Source of the DNA: Escherichia phage teqskov
Reading direction: 5' to 3' (one strand)
DNA length: 64,000 nucleotides
Sequence record: NC_054934.1
In this document: piece by piece, positions 27,327 to 38,664 of the stretch
Layout of the letters: every line of letters starts with the position of its first letter
Position numbering within the stretch: the stretch's first letter is position 1
Notes under the pieces: model-generated
What the model was told of the DNA's origin: nothing
Databases searched by the model: none
What the model saw: only the letters and a program-made list of their open reading frames with translations
Position numbers and translations under genes: made by a program

Positions 27327-30300
27327 TTATGCTAAACGAACGATATAGTTAAAAGCAATGTTTTTAACCGTGTTTTCTGTATTACCTGTACTATTTACAG
27401 TGATAGTATGACCATGCGAGCCAATTGCTACCGTGTGGGTATGAGCACCGATACCTACAGTATGGGTATGAGCACCAATACCTACTGTGTGAGCATGGTT
27501 ACCTGTAGTGCTTGTAGTACCAGACCAAGTATGAGTATGAGCACCGTCTGAAGAAGTTTTGGCTATATTCGACCCTGCAGTAGCACCGTTCACGGTTCCA
27601 GTGAATTTAGCGTTGGCGTTTGCACCTACACTATTATATCCGTCATAGAATATGTTATTGGGTATGCCGGCTTGTATCTGAGGACCTGAGCGCGCATGTT
27701 GGTGTGCACCAGCAAAACTCGTAGTACCGCTTACAATATGAGAGTGGTTACCTGTGGTATTGCTAGTCTTAGTGCCATAGTCAAAGCTACTTGTCGTCTT
27801 AGTACCATAATCAAAACTCGACGTAGTTTTAGTACCCAAGTCAGTACTTGAAGCCGATGCACTATGGCTATGAGCCTTAACACCATCGGCTTCTGCGCTT
27901 AATACAGCTCGACCACTTGGTTTACCTTTAATAGTTTGCCCGCGCATATCTGGAATTACGCCAGATGGGTAAGCCATAGCCAATTTTGGGTATGCAGACT
28001 TATCAAAAGTCTGGCCTTCCATAATAGCGTAACCGTCAGGAGGAGTATCCGTTGGCCATGGAATAGGAGCACCGATTGGGTAACTCGATACAATATCGGT
28101 TTTAAGTGATTCAATTGTACTGTTTAAATTAGCAAAATTGCCAGAACCACCTGTAATATTGCCGTCTGTACCTAAATAAACTGAACCACCAGCAGAAACA
28201 CGCTTAGGAGATATAAAATCACCATTTTTGTTAAATTCCCAACCTAAATCCTTTATAATAGCGCCAGTCGAACCGCCATCGCCGCCTTCATGATAATGAA
28301 CTCTGAAGTTACCGCCGTTAATTAGAGTTCCCAGAGAATAACAACTGTTTCCTTGGACATATCGTTGTTTCAAAATAGGAACGTAAGTACTTGTATCTGT
28401 ACGATTAATATTCATATAGAATGGAGCACGAACGTTTTCATTATTTTGTGAAGCAAAAGAACCGGCTCCAGCAGGACGCACAGCGTCAGTACATTCAGCA
28501 TCAATATAAGCTGATTGTCCTAATTGCATTCTGAAATTAGCATTAACACGAGAGTGGCTGTTAATTGCAACACGAGCAGCTGAAGTATCCACAGCAAACA
28601 ATCCATTCGTTCTTACTGTATTCCCCACAGAAAGAGAATGATGCATTTGCACAAATCCGTTTGAAAGATCAATACTTAATGGGCGAAGATTACTTATTCC
28701 ACCATTTTCCCCTGCATCTTTAAGTGTAGGAATAATATGCAATGATGTTTCTGAACGACGGAAAATGGCTCCATATTCAGCGTTCCATATTCTAAAAGCA
28801 TCAGCTGTATTAGCATTAGATATTTTTAGCGGTCCTTTAATATTAGCAGAATCTGCTATAACTGCCCCAGATAAAGTAATATTACCTAATCCATTGATAT
28901 GACCGGTTTCTACAGTACCATTAAATTTAAAATTAATAGGACCTACTGTTTGACCGGATGCAGGGGTAGTACGTTGAGCATAAAAGTAGTATCCTTGCGA
29001 ATCAGAAACTTCAAATACAGTATGTCTATCAGTTCCACCACTTGTATTAAATGAATTTCCCCATGCTTTTAAAATTACTGTATTTTTGTTTTGACCTGCA
29101 CGAGTACCAGCATCCCAATTAAGAGTTTTAGTTCCATCTATACTGCTAGAAGCTTTAAACGATATACCGTTGTTATTTCCATCAGAAGATAAAAATATAC
29201 CATTCTGCAATGAAAGACGCTGAGTAGATGAAATTCCGCCATCAGCTCTAATAGAAACAGTATTTGAACCAGTTTTAATATCTAAAATTCCAGGCTCAAC
29301 AATAAGACCTTCAGCCATTCCAACAGCCATTCGGCCTCTGCCTCTAAAATAATGATAAAACTTGCTGTTACTATTATATCCAATATGAGTTTGACCATCA
29401 CCGTTATTATTTTGATCAATATCTGTACGAACTGAAAGAAGAGCAGCGTTTTGACCAGGAAGAAGCCATGTACCGCCTTGGTCTTCAGAACGTCCAAAAA
29501 TTGCTTTACGGGTACTACGAAAACTGTCGGGAGTGATAGAAGCAACAGATAAACCACTACCAACTAAGTCATAAACTCCTGTCTTTTTATAAGCTAGTCC
29601 AGTTGACGCATCTCCAAGAACAATGTATTTTTCTCCCATTGCTCCAGCAGATCCATAGTTATTTACGTTTTCATCTGTAGTAATTGTGCCAATAGCAAGT
29701 GAACGACGTAATACCATTGCACCATCATTACGAAGACCCATTTGTTTATTAACGGCTGTATTTCCAGTCCACCACGAAATTTCATCGCTTTTTCCACTTT
29801 GAGCTGAAGCTATTTCATGATAAATTGTACCACCTGATTTTGCGCGAACTTTACGAAGATAGTTTATACCGTTTGTTTCGCCAGTGCCAGGATAAACATA
29901 CTGAACTAATGACTGCGAATCATATTGTCCAAATGCTTTTGTATCTAAAACAATGGTTTTTGTATTAATTTGAGGAGCTGAAACAACCCCTGATGCCGAA
30001 TTAATATTGCCTGAAGCAGATATGTTTCCAGCAGTAACAGTTAAACTACCACTATCAACAACAAAACCACCATCACGTCGGAAAGTCCAATATTTTGAAG
30101 TGCCAGTTTCATCGATATAGTGTATCTTCATTGAGCCTTCAGAAACTAAAGTCCCTAATGAAAACGTTCCATCTTTATAACGTTGTTTAATTAGCGGATG
30201 ATATTCAGAAGTTGAAGTAGTTGAACTCAAATCGGTGAAAATTGGAGCTTTATTTGTGTGCTGATTTGCCCAAGCACCATTTCCAGCAGTTTTTGGCAAG

Positions 30301-30569
30301 AATTCAATATACTTTCCTGCATAAACAAACTGATTTCCATTAAGATTATACGTGCCGTTTTGTAAATAATCACCATTTTGAGTAATATTTCCACTAATGT
30401 TACCACCGGCAGAAATGCTTAAATCAATAATATTTCCCGAGTCATCTTTAGTAAAAAGAGTACGGTCTTTTAAGTTTATAGCCAATTCACCTTCGGCTAA
30501 TACTGAAGCAGCAGGGCGTTGACCTGCAGTTTTGCTTCTTTTAAATTGTATTTGTTTTAAAGTAGCCAT
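27327..30569 (-). CDS. 37: gp37 long tail fibre distal subunit
   Basis: 1080 aa; C-terminal His-x-His tandem repeats ([16 protein letters not shown]...), SSFDYGTKT repeats; synteny 34-35-36-37-38. Confidence 0.88.
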   Translation of the reverse strand: MATLKQIQFKRSKTAGQRPAASVLAEGELAINLKDRTLFTKDDSGNIIDLSISAGGNISGNITQNGDYLQNGTYNLNGNQFVYAGKYIEFLPKTAGNGAWANQHTNKAPIFTDLSSTTSTSEYHPLIKQRYKDGTFSLGTLVSEGSMKIHYIDETGTSKYWTFRRDGGFVVDSGSLTVTAGNISASGNINSASGVVSAPQINTKTIVLDTKAFGQYDSQSLVQYVYPGTGETNGINYLRKVRAKSGGTIYHEIASAQSGKSDEISWWTGNTAVNKQMGLRNDGAMVLRRSLAIGTITTDENVNNYGSAGAMGEKYIVLGDASTGLAYKKTGVYDLVGSGLSVASITPDSFRSTRKAIFGRSEDQGGTWLLPGQNAALLSVRTDIDQNNNGDGQTHIGYNSNSKFYHYFRGRGRMAVGMAEGLIVEPGILDIKTGSNTVSIRADGGISSTQRLSLQNGIFLSSDGNNNGISFKASSSIDGTKTLNWDAGTRAGQNKNTVILKAWGNSFNTSGGTDRHTVFEVSDSQGYYFYAQRTTPASGQTVGPINFKFNGTVETGHINGLGNITLSGAVIADSANIKGPLKISNANTADAFRIWNAEYGAIFRRSETSLHIIPTLKDAGENGGISNLRPLSIDLSNGFVQMHHSLSVGNTVRTNGLFAVDTSAARVAINSHSRVNANFRMQLGQSAYIDAECTDAVRPAGAGSFASQNNENVRAPFYMNINRTDTSTYVPILKQRYVQGNSCYSLGTLINGGNFRVHYHEGGDGGSTGAIIKDLGWEFNKNGDFISPKRVSAGGSVYLGTDGNITGGSGNFANLNSTIESLKTDIVSSYPIGAPIPWPTDTPPDGYAIMEGQTFDKSAYPKLAMAYPSGVIPDMRGQTIKGKPSGRAVLSAEADGVKAHSHSASASSTDLGTKTTSSFDYGTKTTSSFDYGTKTSNTTGNHSHIVSGTTSFAGAHQHARSGPQIQAGIPNNIFYDGYNSVGANANAKFTGTVNGATAGSNIAKTSSDGAHTHTWSGTTSTTGNHAHTVGIGAHTHTVGIGAHTHTVAIGSHGHTITVNSTGNTENTVKNIAFNYIVRLA
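27395..27500 (-). repeat. tandem repeats about 27 nt encoding the HxH(T)V boxes of the gp37 tip
   Basis: Three to four near-identical units encoding VGIGAHTHT. Confidence 0.6.
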
Positions 30570-30577
30570 AAGTCCTC

Positions 30578-31243
30578 TTAATAATAGCCGAAATCTTGAA
30601 CAGAATCCTTAATAACAATTTGATCAAATCGTGGAACATGTGAAGGTTGAGACGCTGGATTCTGTGAGAAAAAGTTTGGAGCTGTTAAATTTCCAGTCAT
30701 AGTATCGCCTCTACGCAATACACGTGAATTTGCGTTATCCGTAACAATATTTATTGCTCCATCAACATAATCTTTTCTTGTGAGATCATTTGCTGCAACT
30801 GGAGCAGTCATATCGCTTCTTACTTGTCCTGAAGCAGATACAACGCCTTTTGTGCTAATATCACCATTACGTGCATTAATTACTACAGTTCTACCTGCAG
30901 ATCCTTGTGATGATTTAAAACCAATTCCATACCATGAAACAATATCAATATTTGCTGTAGCAAAAGTAGCAGCATCACCATTACCAGGAAAAATACCGCT
31001 TTGGTTTGTATTGTTTATAGCATATGGTATTTGCACGCCACCGTTAAATGTTACCTTTGAAGCGTAAGTACCACCATTAGCTTTAGAAACGAAATCGTTA
31101 TCAGCTGCTTGTGGTTTATTATATTCTGTATATATTTTAAATGATTTATAGAGTACATCGTCACCGGCTGGATTCAATGGAAAATTTCCTTGATGCCAAA
31201 TGACAGAGCCTCCAGTTGTTGAACCTACTTTTAAATCAGCCAT
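30578..31243 (-). CDS. 36: gp36 long tail fibre distal connector
   Basis: 221 aa (T4 gp36 length); own late promoter upstream. Confidence 0.85.
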   Translation of the reverse strand: MADLKVGSTTGGSVIWHQGNFPLNPAGDDVLYKSFKIYTEYNKPQAADNDFVSKANGGTYASKVTFNGGVQIPYAINNTNQSGIFPGNGDAATFATANIDIVSWYGIGFKSSQGSAGRTVVINARNGDISTKGVVSASGQVRSDMTAPVAANDLTRKDYVDGAINIVTDNANSRVLRRGDTMTGNLTAPNFFSQNPASQPSHVPRFDQIVIKDSVQDFGYY

Positions 31244-31266
31244 TGTATGCCCCTTTATTTTAATAG

Positions 31267-31274
31267 TATTTATA
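31267..31274 (-). promoter_or_regulatory. late promoter (TATAAATA) for gene 36
   Basis: TATAAATA on minus strand about 24 nt upstream of gene 36 ATG. Confidence 0.55.
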
Positions 31275-31305
31275 AAGAAAAAGGGAACCCGAAGGCTCCC
31301 TCAAT
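31275..31305 (-). terminator. rho-independent terminator after gene 35
   Basis: Minus-strand GGGAGCCUUCGGGUUCCC hairpin (UUCG loop, one G-U pair) followed by UUUUUC. Confidence 0.5.
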
Positions 31306-32421
31306 TTAAACTTCTCTAAATTCTTGCCCAAACACTTTACCAGTTTTAGACGATGCTTGCGTAGGAAGTACCATTATATCCGGAGGTGAAGCAGATTCAC
31401 AGACATAATTAACTCTAATACCGTTAACACCAAACTCAGCGGGTTTTGAAATTCCACCATTTCTTGATACTTCAGAAAAGCTTAAATTTCGCATGCCGCC
31501 TTGTCCTGCTTGAGCAGTTCTCTGCGCATATATCGTAAATCCTACAGCGTTTTCTGGAACAACTACATAATCTTCCTTTAATTCCCAAGACCCAGCCTGT
31601 CCAGTAAACTCAGCCTGTGTTGAAGAAATATATCCGTTTGATGAATTATAAAAACGAATGGATATATTTGTAGTTCCAAGAGCGAGTAAATCAGCATCAG
31701 CATATAGTTGCGCTTTAAGATAAAGAACATCGCCAGGAATTAAATTGTAGTCAGATAGTTTACTTATCGCGGATGAAGTCGGTAAACGCGCAATTTCGTT
31801 ATTAGTTCCACCAACAGCTGACATAAATTGCTCAACGCTTTCGTATGTTCTTTTAGGAAATCCTGTCGCTCCAACATCTTCTAAACTATCAAATACTACA
31901 TCTAATACAGTTTGATAATCATCTGTGCTTTTTCTGTTACTTAATTTAACATGTTCTAATGCGATAGCTCTTTTAGAAGAAGTGTAAAAAGCAGCATATG
32001 ATACATCAAATCTCGACAATATAGAGTCAGATGGAAAAGCAGACGTTCCTGCTGTTCTTAACCAAGATACTACTTCAGGAGGAAAATTAACCTTTCCGTT
32101 AGTTAATATAGCAACAAGTCTATTGCTTGAAAAAGAATTCATGAAACTAACAAAAGCAGCAGATGTAGTATCATTTGAAGTAGAAAAAGCATATGACTTA
32201 CTATCAACTAATGCTCCTGTAGAAGGGTCAAAAACTCTTAAATGAAGACCTGCGCTAAATGTTTGACTTCCTGCAGGATTATCCTGAAATTTAACATATG
32301 GTCCTGCGGTAGAAAGCGGGCAAGAACCCGCTATGCTTATTTTGTATCTTACTGAATTGCTTTCCGATAAAAATGGCGTTTGAACATATCCTTGTCCAAA
32401 CTCTGCCATAAATTTTTCCAT
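31306..32421 (-). CDS. 35: gp35 tail fibre hinge protein
   Basis: 371 aa (T4 gp35 372 aa); between 34 and 36. Confidence 0.85.
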   Translation of the reverse strand: MEKFMAEFGQGYVQTPFLSESNSVRYKISIAGSCPLSTAGPYVKFQDNPAGSQTFSAGLHLRVFDPSTGALVDSKSYAFSTSNDTTSAAFVSFMNSFSSNRLVAILTNGKVNFPPEVVSWLRTAGTSAFPSDSILSRFDVSYAAFYTSSKRAIALEHVKLSNRKSTDDYQTVLDVVFDSLEDVGATGFPKRTYESVEQFMSAVGGTNNEIARLPTSSAISKLSDYNLIPGDVLYLKAQLYADADLLALGTTNISIRFYNSSNGYISSTQAEFTGQAGSWELKEDYVVVPENAVGFTIYAQRTAQAGQGGMRNLSFSEVSRNGGISKPAEFGVNGIRVNYVCESASPPDIMVLPTQASSKTGKVFGQEFREV

Positions 32422-32429
32422 AATACCTC

Positions 32430-35400
32430 TTATTCAACCCATTCAAATTTAACAGTTTTATTCACTGGGTCAGGAACAATGCGAACATTACCAATTCGCA
32501 AGAAATCACGAATAGTAAGATTCCCCATTGTAGCATTATCAGATGGTAAAGCACCGATATCAGATGGTTGAGGAGGGTTACCTCCGTCAAATACCTGAAC
32601 AAAACTTGACCAAGAGTTTTTGGTTTTCTGCCATGTACGTGTCCAACGAGTGGTACGCGCTTCTGGTGTCGTTGGATAAGTAATCCAATCTTGGTAAAGC
32701 GAATCAAGTGTGTTACCAAACTGAGTCAGTGTACCAGGAGATTTAACTTCTTCGCCACGTTCTAAGTATGGAAGCCCAGTCACTTCATTAGTTTTTTCAA
32801 CCATTTTAAAATAACCCGGGAACTGGTTATAAGTAGCTGAATCGTTAATATCAATTGACCAGAATCCTACCGTATCAGATGTTGGCGCACGGGTATATAA
32901 ATCAGATGTTTTAGTACCCTGAGAACGAATTCTCGAGTTAACAGTCAAACCACCTGAATTTATAGTAGCACCTTTAGCAATGATTAAGCTTTCACCGATC
33001 GTTACTTGACCAGATGCATTGTTAATAGCTAAAGGACGTAATCCATTAAATCCGCCAGTCTGATCACCCGATGCAGTAAGCATAAAATAGGTGTTAGCAG
33101 CATCATTGCGAATAAAGAACCCATAATCACCGTTTATTGCTCTAAAAGCATTTGCAGACTTGCTGATGAATTCACCATTGGCTGTAACTGAACTACCAAA
33201 TGTTGCAACGCCATTCGCATTTAAAGAACCCGAAGCATTAATGTTTATTGGCATTACAGTACCATTGATACTAAACGTTATATTCCCAGCTTTATTACGT
33301 TGAGAATAAAAGTGATTAGACGTTTCATCACCAACTTCAAATACAGTAGAACGTGTTGTATCTGAACCGCCGCCAAACTGATTTCCCCAAACTCTGATAG
33401 TCATCGTCTGTGCTGGGTTAGTTCCAGTTTGAGGTCCTTTCTCAAAAATCAGACGAGTTGCTGTTCCAGTATTAGAAATAGTTAATGTACTATTTGCCGA
33501 AACTGAACCACCAAACGTAGCAGTACTAGATGATACAAGAGGGGCACTCAGATTCGTTTGTTGGGTTAAGGTTAGTGAACCATTAACCGTCTGTGCAATA
33601 TCCCTACGAATGAACTGAGATGAATCTAGACCATCCAATAAATTACTATCTGCAGCTTTTGCTTTTAACGGTAAATAATTTGCTAATACACGGTTTAATT
33701 CATATGGTGATATTGCATAGCTATTTTTCTCATACAGTTCTAAATCTTGGGTAGAACCGACTGTATCATTACCAACGAACGTAATTGAACCAGATGAAGT
33801 TTTAACAAAACCTCTTACCGCAGTAGTAGCTGCCCAGGTAGGTTCACTCTGCACAATCCATTTTAAATTTTTTGGAGATACAGCAGTATTTGCTGATGCT
33901 CCAGTCACAGTTTCAGACTGAGTTGCAACTTTAATAACACCTTCCTGTGATTCGGTAGATTTAGTACCTAAAAGCTTTTTAGGAGTTATTAAAACATTAT
34001 CTAATGTTCCTGCAGCAGCTTCAACTTGTGTAGCTACACGAAGTGTACCACGTTGTGTCTCATTTGCTTCAAGAATATTAAGGGTATAATGGTCCCAGAG
34101 AGTTCCTGATTCAACTAATCCAGATAGAGCAACAACAGAAGTACGATCAGTACTATTAAATCTGGTTTTAATTTTTAATGGTGTAGAGATACGAGTATCG
34201 TCGACGCCTGCGTCGAATTCAACTTGTGTGGCAATTTCAGCTATACCACTTAAACTTTCAGTTGCTCTACGGTCATTTAAAGTTTTAGGAGTGACTGCAC
34301 GAGTATAATCAGTTCCTGTATTAACTTCACTTTGCGTAGCAATTTCAATTAAACCAATTCTTCCATCAGTTGATGTCTTTTTATGTAACGTTTCTGGAGT
34401 TACAACTGCATTTGCCCATCCTTCTTGACTCTGTCCAGCAATTACTTCACTTTCAACTGCTAAAATTACTGCACCTTGCTGTGTTGGAGTAGCTTTATAC
34501 TGATCCAAGGCTTTAGGTGAAACAACTAAGTTATTAGTGTTTTTATTATAAACATTTGTACCATTTAATTCACGGCTAGAAGCTGGAGTAGCACCTGCAG
34601 TAGATACAAAAGTTACAATACCAGATAATGACTCAGAACCCTGGCGGGCTTGAAGCTTTTTAGGAGTAATGATGGTTGTATCATCTGTTCCTGTGTTTGT
34701 TTCTTGCTGCGTAGCAATTTCAGCGACACCCCTACGAGTTTCTGTAGCAGTTCTTTCATTCAACTTTTTAGGAGTGATGATAAGGTCATCTGCAAAAGAG
34801 AATGTGGTATCCTGGTTTACTTGCGCAGTTGTTGCTATTCTTGCAATACCTCTACGAGTTTCTGTAGCAGTACGATTAGCTAACGTTTCTGGAGTAATTG
34901 CCAATTCTTTTTGTGGAGAATTTTCTAGATCAGCATTAGCTTGAGCCTGTGTAGCTAAAGCAATTACGCCTAATCTTGCTCTAGTAGAATTATTTAAAGA
35001 GTCTACTCTTTCTACAGTTGGAACGTTTTGCTGTACAACCCAATATTTTCCATCGGAATCTTCGATATAAGCAAGCTGTAAAACTGGAACATAATTGGTT
35101 TCGCCATTAAAAACTAATTCTTGAACAGTCACCCATTTAGTTTCAGGTGGGTATTCTGAACGTTTTGGAAATTGCAGCAATTGAACTGAAGAAGCAATTT
35201 TATCTTCACCGGCAGCTTTGATTTTAACTGTTTGTCCTTTTCTCATATAATTCATGGAAATCTTAACAGTATCACCGATAGAAATATCAGTTGGAAGCTG
35301 AAGCTCAATTGTTTGAGTTGTTCCGTTATTCGCACCAAATACCATGACTTCTTCATTTGGACGAATATTAGAATTAGTTGTTATAATACGTAAACGTGCT

Positions 35401-36299
35401 TTACTATCCCCGTCAAACAATCTCCACAATTTCTCATTATCATCAAACATCAAGAAACCGTCAATCGATGTACGGCCTTCAATGGAATGAGTTCCAACTT
35501 CTTGTACTGAAGTCGTTTCATCGTATGTAGTAACAATTGTATGATAAAGTGGATTCAGTTTATCTAAATCGACAAAATTAATAATATCGCCATGATTAGC
35601 AAATCTTGGAAGTTTAACATTAATTGGTGCAGCAGAAGTAAATCTACGTACGATAAAATCATTAGATTGCGCCTGATAGAGACTTGCTGGTGTTACAATT
35701 ACCGCTTCTCTACTATAATCAGCTACATACATTTGCCACAGACGATTACTAAAAATTAAAACTAGCTGTGACTTTGGATGAGTCATTAGTACTGAACGTA
35801 CTTGTTCACCTCTAAAGTTTACAATACTTTGCACTGGAGCTACAATTAAAACTTGGTTAACTCCGGGTTTTCCTCCAATATCTTGGAGAACGATAGTATC
35901 ACCATCAATTGGAGTAGATGGTAAAGTAAATGTGATGTCATTTCCAGCTGCAGTATTAACCGAAATTGCTTCGCCAGATTTTAATTGATATGAACCAGAT
36001 GAAACCGTAATCCAGTTAGCATCTGTACGTAATGCTCTCCAGCGTCCGCTATTAAAAGCTCCTGCCGGTTTTGGAATATCATTTATAGCAGCCCAAAAGC
36101 GGTTATCATAAATGATTACAAAATCTTTTAAATATCCACGAGTTGGGTCATATTGCTGAACTGTGTTTTCTTGAATTAAGTAATCAACGTTAACACCGTC
36201 AGTTCCTACGGTACGATCAGCTAAAGCTACGTTGATTATTTTATCGCCACCTGCGTCCAGACCATCTTCTGCTCTGAACTTTCTTTTAATCTCGGCCAT
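32430..36299 (-). CDS. 34: gp34 long tail fibre proximal subunit
   Basis: 1289 aa (T4 gp34 length); internal ATETRRG...ITPKKL repeats. Confidence 0.9.
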   Translation of the reverse strand: MAEIKRKFRAEDGLDAGGDKIINVALADRTVGTDGVNVDYLIQENTVQQYDPTRGYLKDFVIIYDNRFWAAINDIPKPAGAFNSGRWRALRTDANWITVSSGSYQLKSGEAISVNTAAGNDITFTLPSTPIDGDTIVLQDIGGKPGVNQVLIVAPVQSIVNFRGEQVRSVLMTHPKSQLVLIFSNRLWQMYVADYSREAVIVTPASLYQAQSNDFIVRRFTSAAPINVKLPRFANHGDIINFVDLDKLNPLYHTIVTTYDETTSVQEVGTHSIEGRTSIDGFLMFDDNEKLWRLFDGDSKARLRIITTNSNIRPNEEVMVFGANNGTTQTIELQLPTDISIGDTVKISMNYMRKGQTVKIKAAGEDKIASSVQLLQFPKRSEYPPETKWVTVQELVFNGETNYVPVLQLAYIEDSDGKYWVVQQNVPTVERVDSLNNSTRARLGVIALATQAQANADLENSPQKELAITPETLANRTATETRRGIARIATTAQVNQDTTFSFADDLIITPKKLNERTATETRRGVAEIATQQETNTGTDDTTIITPKKLQARQGSESLSGIVTFVSTAGATPASSRELNGTNVYNKNTNNLVVSPKALDQYKATPTQQGAVILAVESEVIAGQSQEGWANAVVTPETLHKKTSTDGRIGLIEIATQSEVNTGTDYTRAVTPKTLNDRRATESLSGIAEIATQVEFDAGVDDTRISTPLKIKTRFNSTDRTSVVALSGLVESGTLWDHYTLNILEANETQRGTLRVATQVEAAAGTLDNVLITPKKLLGTKSTESQEGVIKVATQSETVTGASANTAVSPKNLKWIVQSEPTWAATTAVRGFVKTSSGSITFVGNDTVGSTQDLELYEKNSYAISPYELNRVLANYLPLKAKAADSNLLDGLDSSQFIRRDIAQTVNGSLTLTQQTNLSAPLVSSSTATFGGSVSANSTLTISNTGTATRLIFEKGPQTGTNPAQTMTIRVWGNQFGGGSDTTRSTVFEVGDETSNHFYSQRNKAGNITFSINGTVMPININASGSLNANGVATFGSSVTANGEFISKSANAFRAINGDYGFFIRNDAANTYFMLTASGDQTGGFNGLRPLAINNASGQVTIGESLIIAKGATINSGGLTVNSRIRSQGTKTSDLYTRAPTSDTVGFWSIDINDSATYNQFPGYFKMVEKTNEVTGLPYLERGEEVKSPGTLTQFGNTLDSLYQDWITYPTTPEARTTRWTRTWQKTKNSWSSFVQVFDGGNPPQPSDIGALPSDNATMGNLTIRDFLRIGNVRIVPDPVNKTVKFEWVE
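34730..34870 (-). repeat. intragenic direct repeats in gene 34
   Basis: ACGAGTTTCTGTAGCAGT recurs about 120 bp apart, encoding repeated TETRRG...ITPKKL units. Confidence 0.6.
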
Positions 36300-36333
36300 T
36301 CTCCCGGGCTCCTATTGTGTTTTCAATAATAAG

Positions 36334-36341
36334 TATTTATA
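36334..36341 (-). promoter_or_regulatory. late promoter (TATAAATA) for gene 34
   Basis: TATAAATA on minus strand about 35 nt upstream of gene 34 ATG. Confidence 0.6.
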
Positions 36342-36344
36342 CTT

Positions 36345-36374
36345 GTTTACTTTAAGATTTGGATGGTATATAAT
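36345..36374 (+). promoter_or_regulatory. early promoter for rnh
   Basis: GTTTAC -35, 18-bp spacer, TGGTATATAAT; divergent from and adjacent to the gene 34 late promoter. Confidence 0.6.
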
Positions 36375-36403
36375 AGAAATCTCACTAATTGAACGAGGTT
36401 CAT

Positions 36404-37321
36404 ATGGATTTAGAAATGATGCTGGATGAAGATTACAAAGAAGGAATTTGCTTTATTGACTTTAGTCAAATTGCGCTTTCAACTGCTTTGGTAAACTTCC
36501 CAGATAAAGAAAAAATTAATTTATCAATGGTTCGTCATTTGATATTGAACTCAATTAAGTTTAATGTCAAAAAAGCAAAAGCTCTTGGATACACTAAAAT
36601 TGTATTGTGTATTGATAACGCGAAATCTGGATACTGGCGTCGTGATTTCGCTTATTATTATAAGAAAAACCGTGGAAAAGCACGAGAAGAATCTACTTGG
36701 GACTGGGAAGGTTATTTTGAATCCAGCCATAAAGTTATAGATGAATTGAAAGCTTATATGCCATACATTGTTATGGATATTGATAAGTATGAAGCGGATG
36801 ACCACATTGCTGTTCTTGTTAAAAAGTTCTCTTTAGAAGGACATAAGATTTTAATCATTTCGTCGGATGGTGACTTTACTCAACTTCACAAATATCCAAA
36901 TGTTAAGCAATGGTCACCGATGCATAAGAAATGGGTTAAAATTAAAAGCGGTTCTGCTGAAATTGACTGTATGACTAAAATCCTTAAAGGCGATAAAAAG
37001 GATAACGTTGCTTCAGTTAAAGTACGATCTGACTTTTGGTTTACCAAAGTTGAAGGTGAACGAACTCCTTCAATGAAAACTTCAATCGTTGAAGCTATTG
37101 CTAATGACCGTGAGCAAGCTAAGGTGCTTCTCACAGAATCTGAATATAATCGTTATAAAGAAAATCTAGTTCTAATTGATTTTGATTATATTCCTGATAA
37201 TATTGCTTCAAACATTGTGAATTACTATAATTCATATAAATTACCACCGCGTGGCAAAATTTATTCATATTTTGTAAAAGCGGGTCTTTCTAAATTAACT
37301 AATAGCATTAATGAATTTTGA
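36404..37321 (+). CDS. rnh: RNase H (5'-3' exonuclease / flap endonuclease)
   Basis: 305 aa from ATG 36404 (MDLEMMLDEDYKEG...), recognised as T4 RNase H. Confidence 0.92.
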   Translation: MDLEMMLDEDYKEGICFIDFSQIALSTALVNFPDKEKINLSMVRHLILNSIKFNVKKAKALGYTKIVLCIDNAKSGYWRRDFAYYYKKNRGKAREESTWDWEGYFESSHKVIDELKAYMPYIVMDIDKYEADDHIAVLVKKFSLEGHKILIISSDGDFTQLHKYPNVKQWSPMHKKWVKIKSGSAEIDCMTKILKGDKKDNVASVKVRSDFWFTKVEGERTPSMKTSIVEAIANDREQAKVLLTESEYNRYKENLVLIDFDYIPDNIASNIVNYYNSYKLPPRGKIYSYFVKAGLSKLTNSINEF

Positions 37322-37329
37322 GGTGAATA

Positions 37330-37599
37330 ATGGCTAAAAAAGAAATGGTTGAATTTGATGAAGCTATCCACGGCGAAGACTTGGCTAAATTTATTAAAGA
37401 AGCATCTGATCATAAACTGAAAATTTCCGGTTATAATGAACTGATTAAAGATATTCGAATTCGTGCTAAAGATGAACTTGGCGTTGATGGTAAGATGTTT
37501 AATCGTCTATTAGCTTTGTATCATAAAGATAACCGTGATGTGTTTGAAGCTGAAACTGAAGAGGTAGTTGAACTTTATGACACAGTTTTCTCTAAATGA
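37330..37599 (+). CDS. dsbA: DsbA double-stranded DNA binding protein
   Basis: 89 aa (T4 DsbA length); synteny rnh-dsbA-33-59-32. Confidence 0.8.
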   Translation: MAKKEMVEFDEAIHGEDLAKFIKEASDHKLKISGYNELIKDIRIRAKDELGVDGKMFNRLLALYHKDNRDVFEAETEEVVELYDTVFSK

Positions 37600-37915
37600 T
37601 ATTCGTCCGGTCGATGAGACCGGTCTTTCAGAAAAAGAACTTTCAATCAAGAAAGAAAAGGATGAAATAGCAAAGCTTCTTGATCGTCAAGAAAATGGAT
37701 TTATTATTGAAAAAATGGTAGAAGAGTTTGGAATGAGTTATCTTGAAGCTACGACAGCATTCTTGGAAGAAAACTCTATTCCTGAAACTCAATTTGCTAA
37801 ATTTATTCCTTCGGGTATAATTGAAAAAATTCAGTCAGAAGCTATTGACGAAAATCTTTTACGTCCTTCTGTTGTTCGTTGTGAAAAAACTAATACATTA
37901 GATTTTCTACTATGA
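37577..37915 (+). CDS. 33: gp33 late transcription co-activator
   Basis: 112 aa from ATG 37577 (T4 gp33 length); synteny. Confidence 0.8.
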   Translation: MTQFSLNDIRPVDETGLSEKELSIKKEKDEIAKLLDRQENGFIIEKMVEEFGMSYLEATTAFLEENSIPETQFAKFIPSGIIEKIQSEAIDENLLRPSVVRCEKTNTLDFLL

Positions 37916-38565
37916 TTAAACTCCGCATGCCTGCTGGTGGTGAAAGATACATTGATGGTAAATCAGTTTATAAATTATACTTAATGATAAAACAACATAT
38001 GAATGGAAAGTATGATGTTATTAAGTATAATTGGTGCATGCGGGTGTCTGATGCCGCTTATCAAAAGCGAAGGGATAAGTATTTTTTCCAGAAGTTATCA
38101 GAAAAATATAAATTAAAGGAACTTGCTTTAATCTTTATAAGCAATCTGGTTGCTAACCAAGATGCTTGGATTGGTGACATCTCTGACGCTGATGCACTTG
38201 TGTTTTATCGTGAATATATCGGACGCTTAAAGCAAATTAAATTTAAGTTTGAAGAAGATATTCGCAACATTTATTATTTTAGTAAAAAAGTTGAAGTTTC
38301 TGCTTTTAAAGAAATCTTTGAGTATAATCCAAAAGTTCAATCAAGTTATATTTTTAAACTACTTCAATCGAATATAATTTCGTTTGAGACGTTTATCTTG
38401 CTTGATTCGTTTTTAAATATAATTAATAAACATGATGAACAGACTGATAATTTAGTCTGGAATAATTATTCTATAAAGTTAAAGGCTTATAGAAAAATTT
38501 TAAATATTGATTCACAGAAAGCTAAAAGTGTTTTCATTGAAACTGTGAAATCTTGTAAGTATTAA
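37912..38565 (+). CDS. 59: gp59 helicase loader
   Basis: 217 aa (T4 gp59 length); immediately upstream of gene 32. Confidence 0.85.
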   Translation: MIKLRMPAGGERYIDGKSVYKLYLMIKQHMNGKYDVIKYNWCMRVSDAAYQKRRDKYFFQKLSEKYKLKELALIFISNLVANQDAWIGDISDADALVFYREYIGRLKQIKFKFEEDIRNIYYFSKKVEVSAFKEIFEYNPKVQSSYIFKLLQSNIISFETFILLDSFLNIINKHDEQTDNLVWNNYSIKLKAYRKILNIDSQKAKSVFIETVKSCKY

Positions 38566-38590
38566 TTGCTTATTATAAATAGATTATAAT
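38566..38590 (+). promoter_or_regulatory. gene 32 promoter region (MotA box TTGCTTA, TATAAATA, TATAAT)
   Basis: MotA-box-like TTGCTTA, a TATAAATA late element at 38574..38581 and a TATAAT within 25 bp. Confidence 0.45.
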
Positions 38591-38664
38591 TATCTCACTG
38601 ACCAGCTATGAGGTCATACATCGTCATAGCACCAACTGTTAATTAAATTAAAAAGGAAATAAAA

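Noticed and set aside
29282-29563. 93-aa minus-strand alternative-frame ORF inside gene 37
   Set aside because: Same strand but different frame within a long recognised tail-fibre gene; low-complexity Leu/Val-rich translation.
34650-34944. Two plus-strand ORFs (77 and 91 aa) antisense to the gene 34 repeat region
   Set aside because: Products are Cys/Ser-rich mirror translations of the gp34 repeat units; no start signals.
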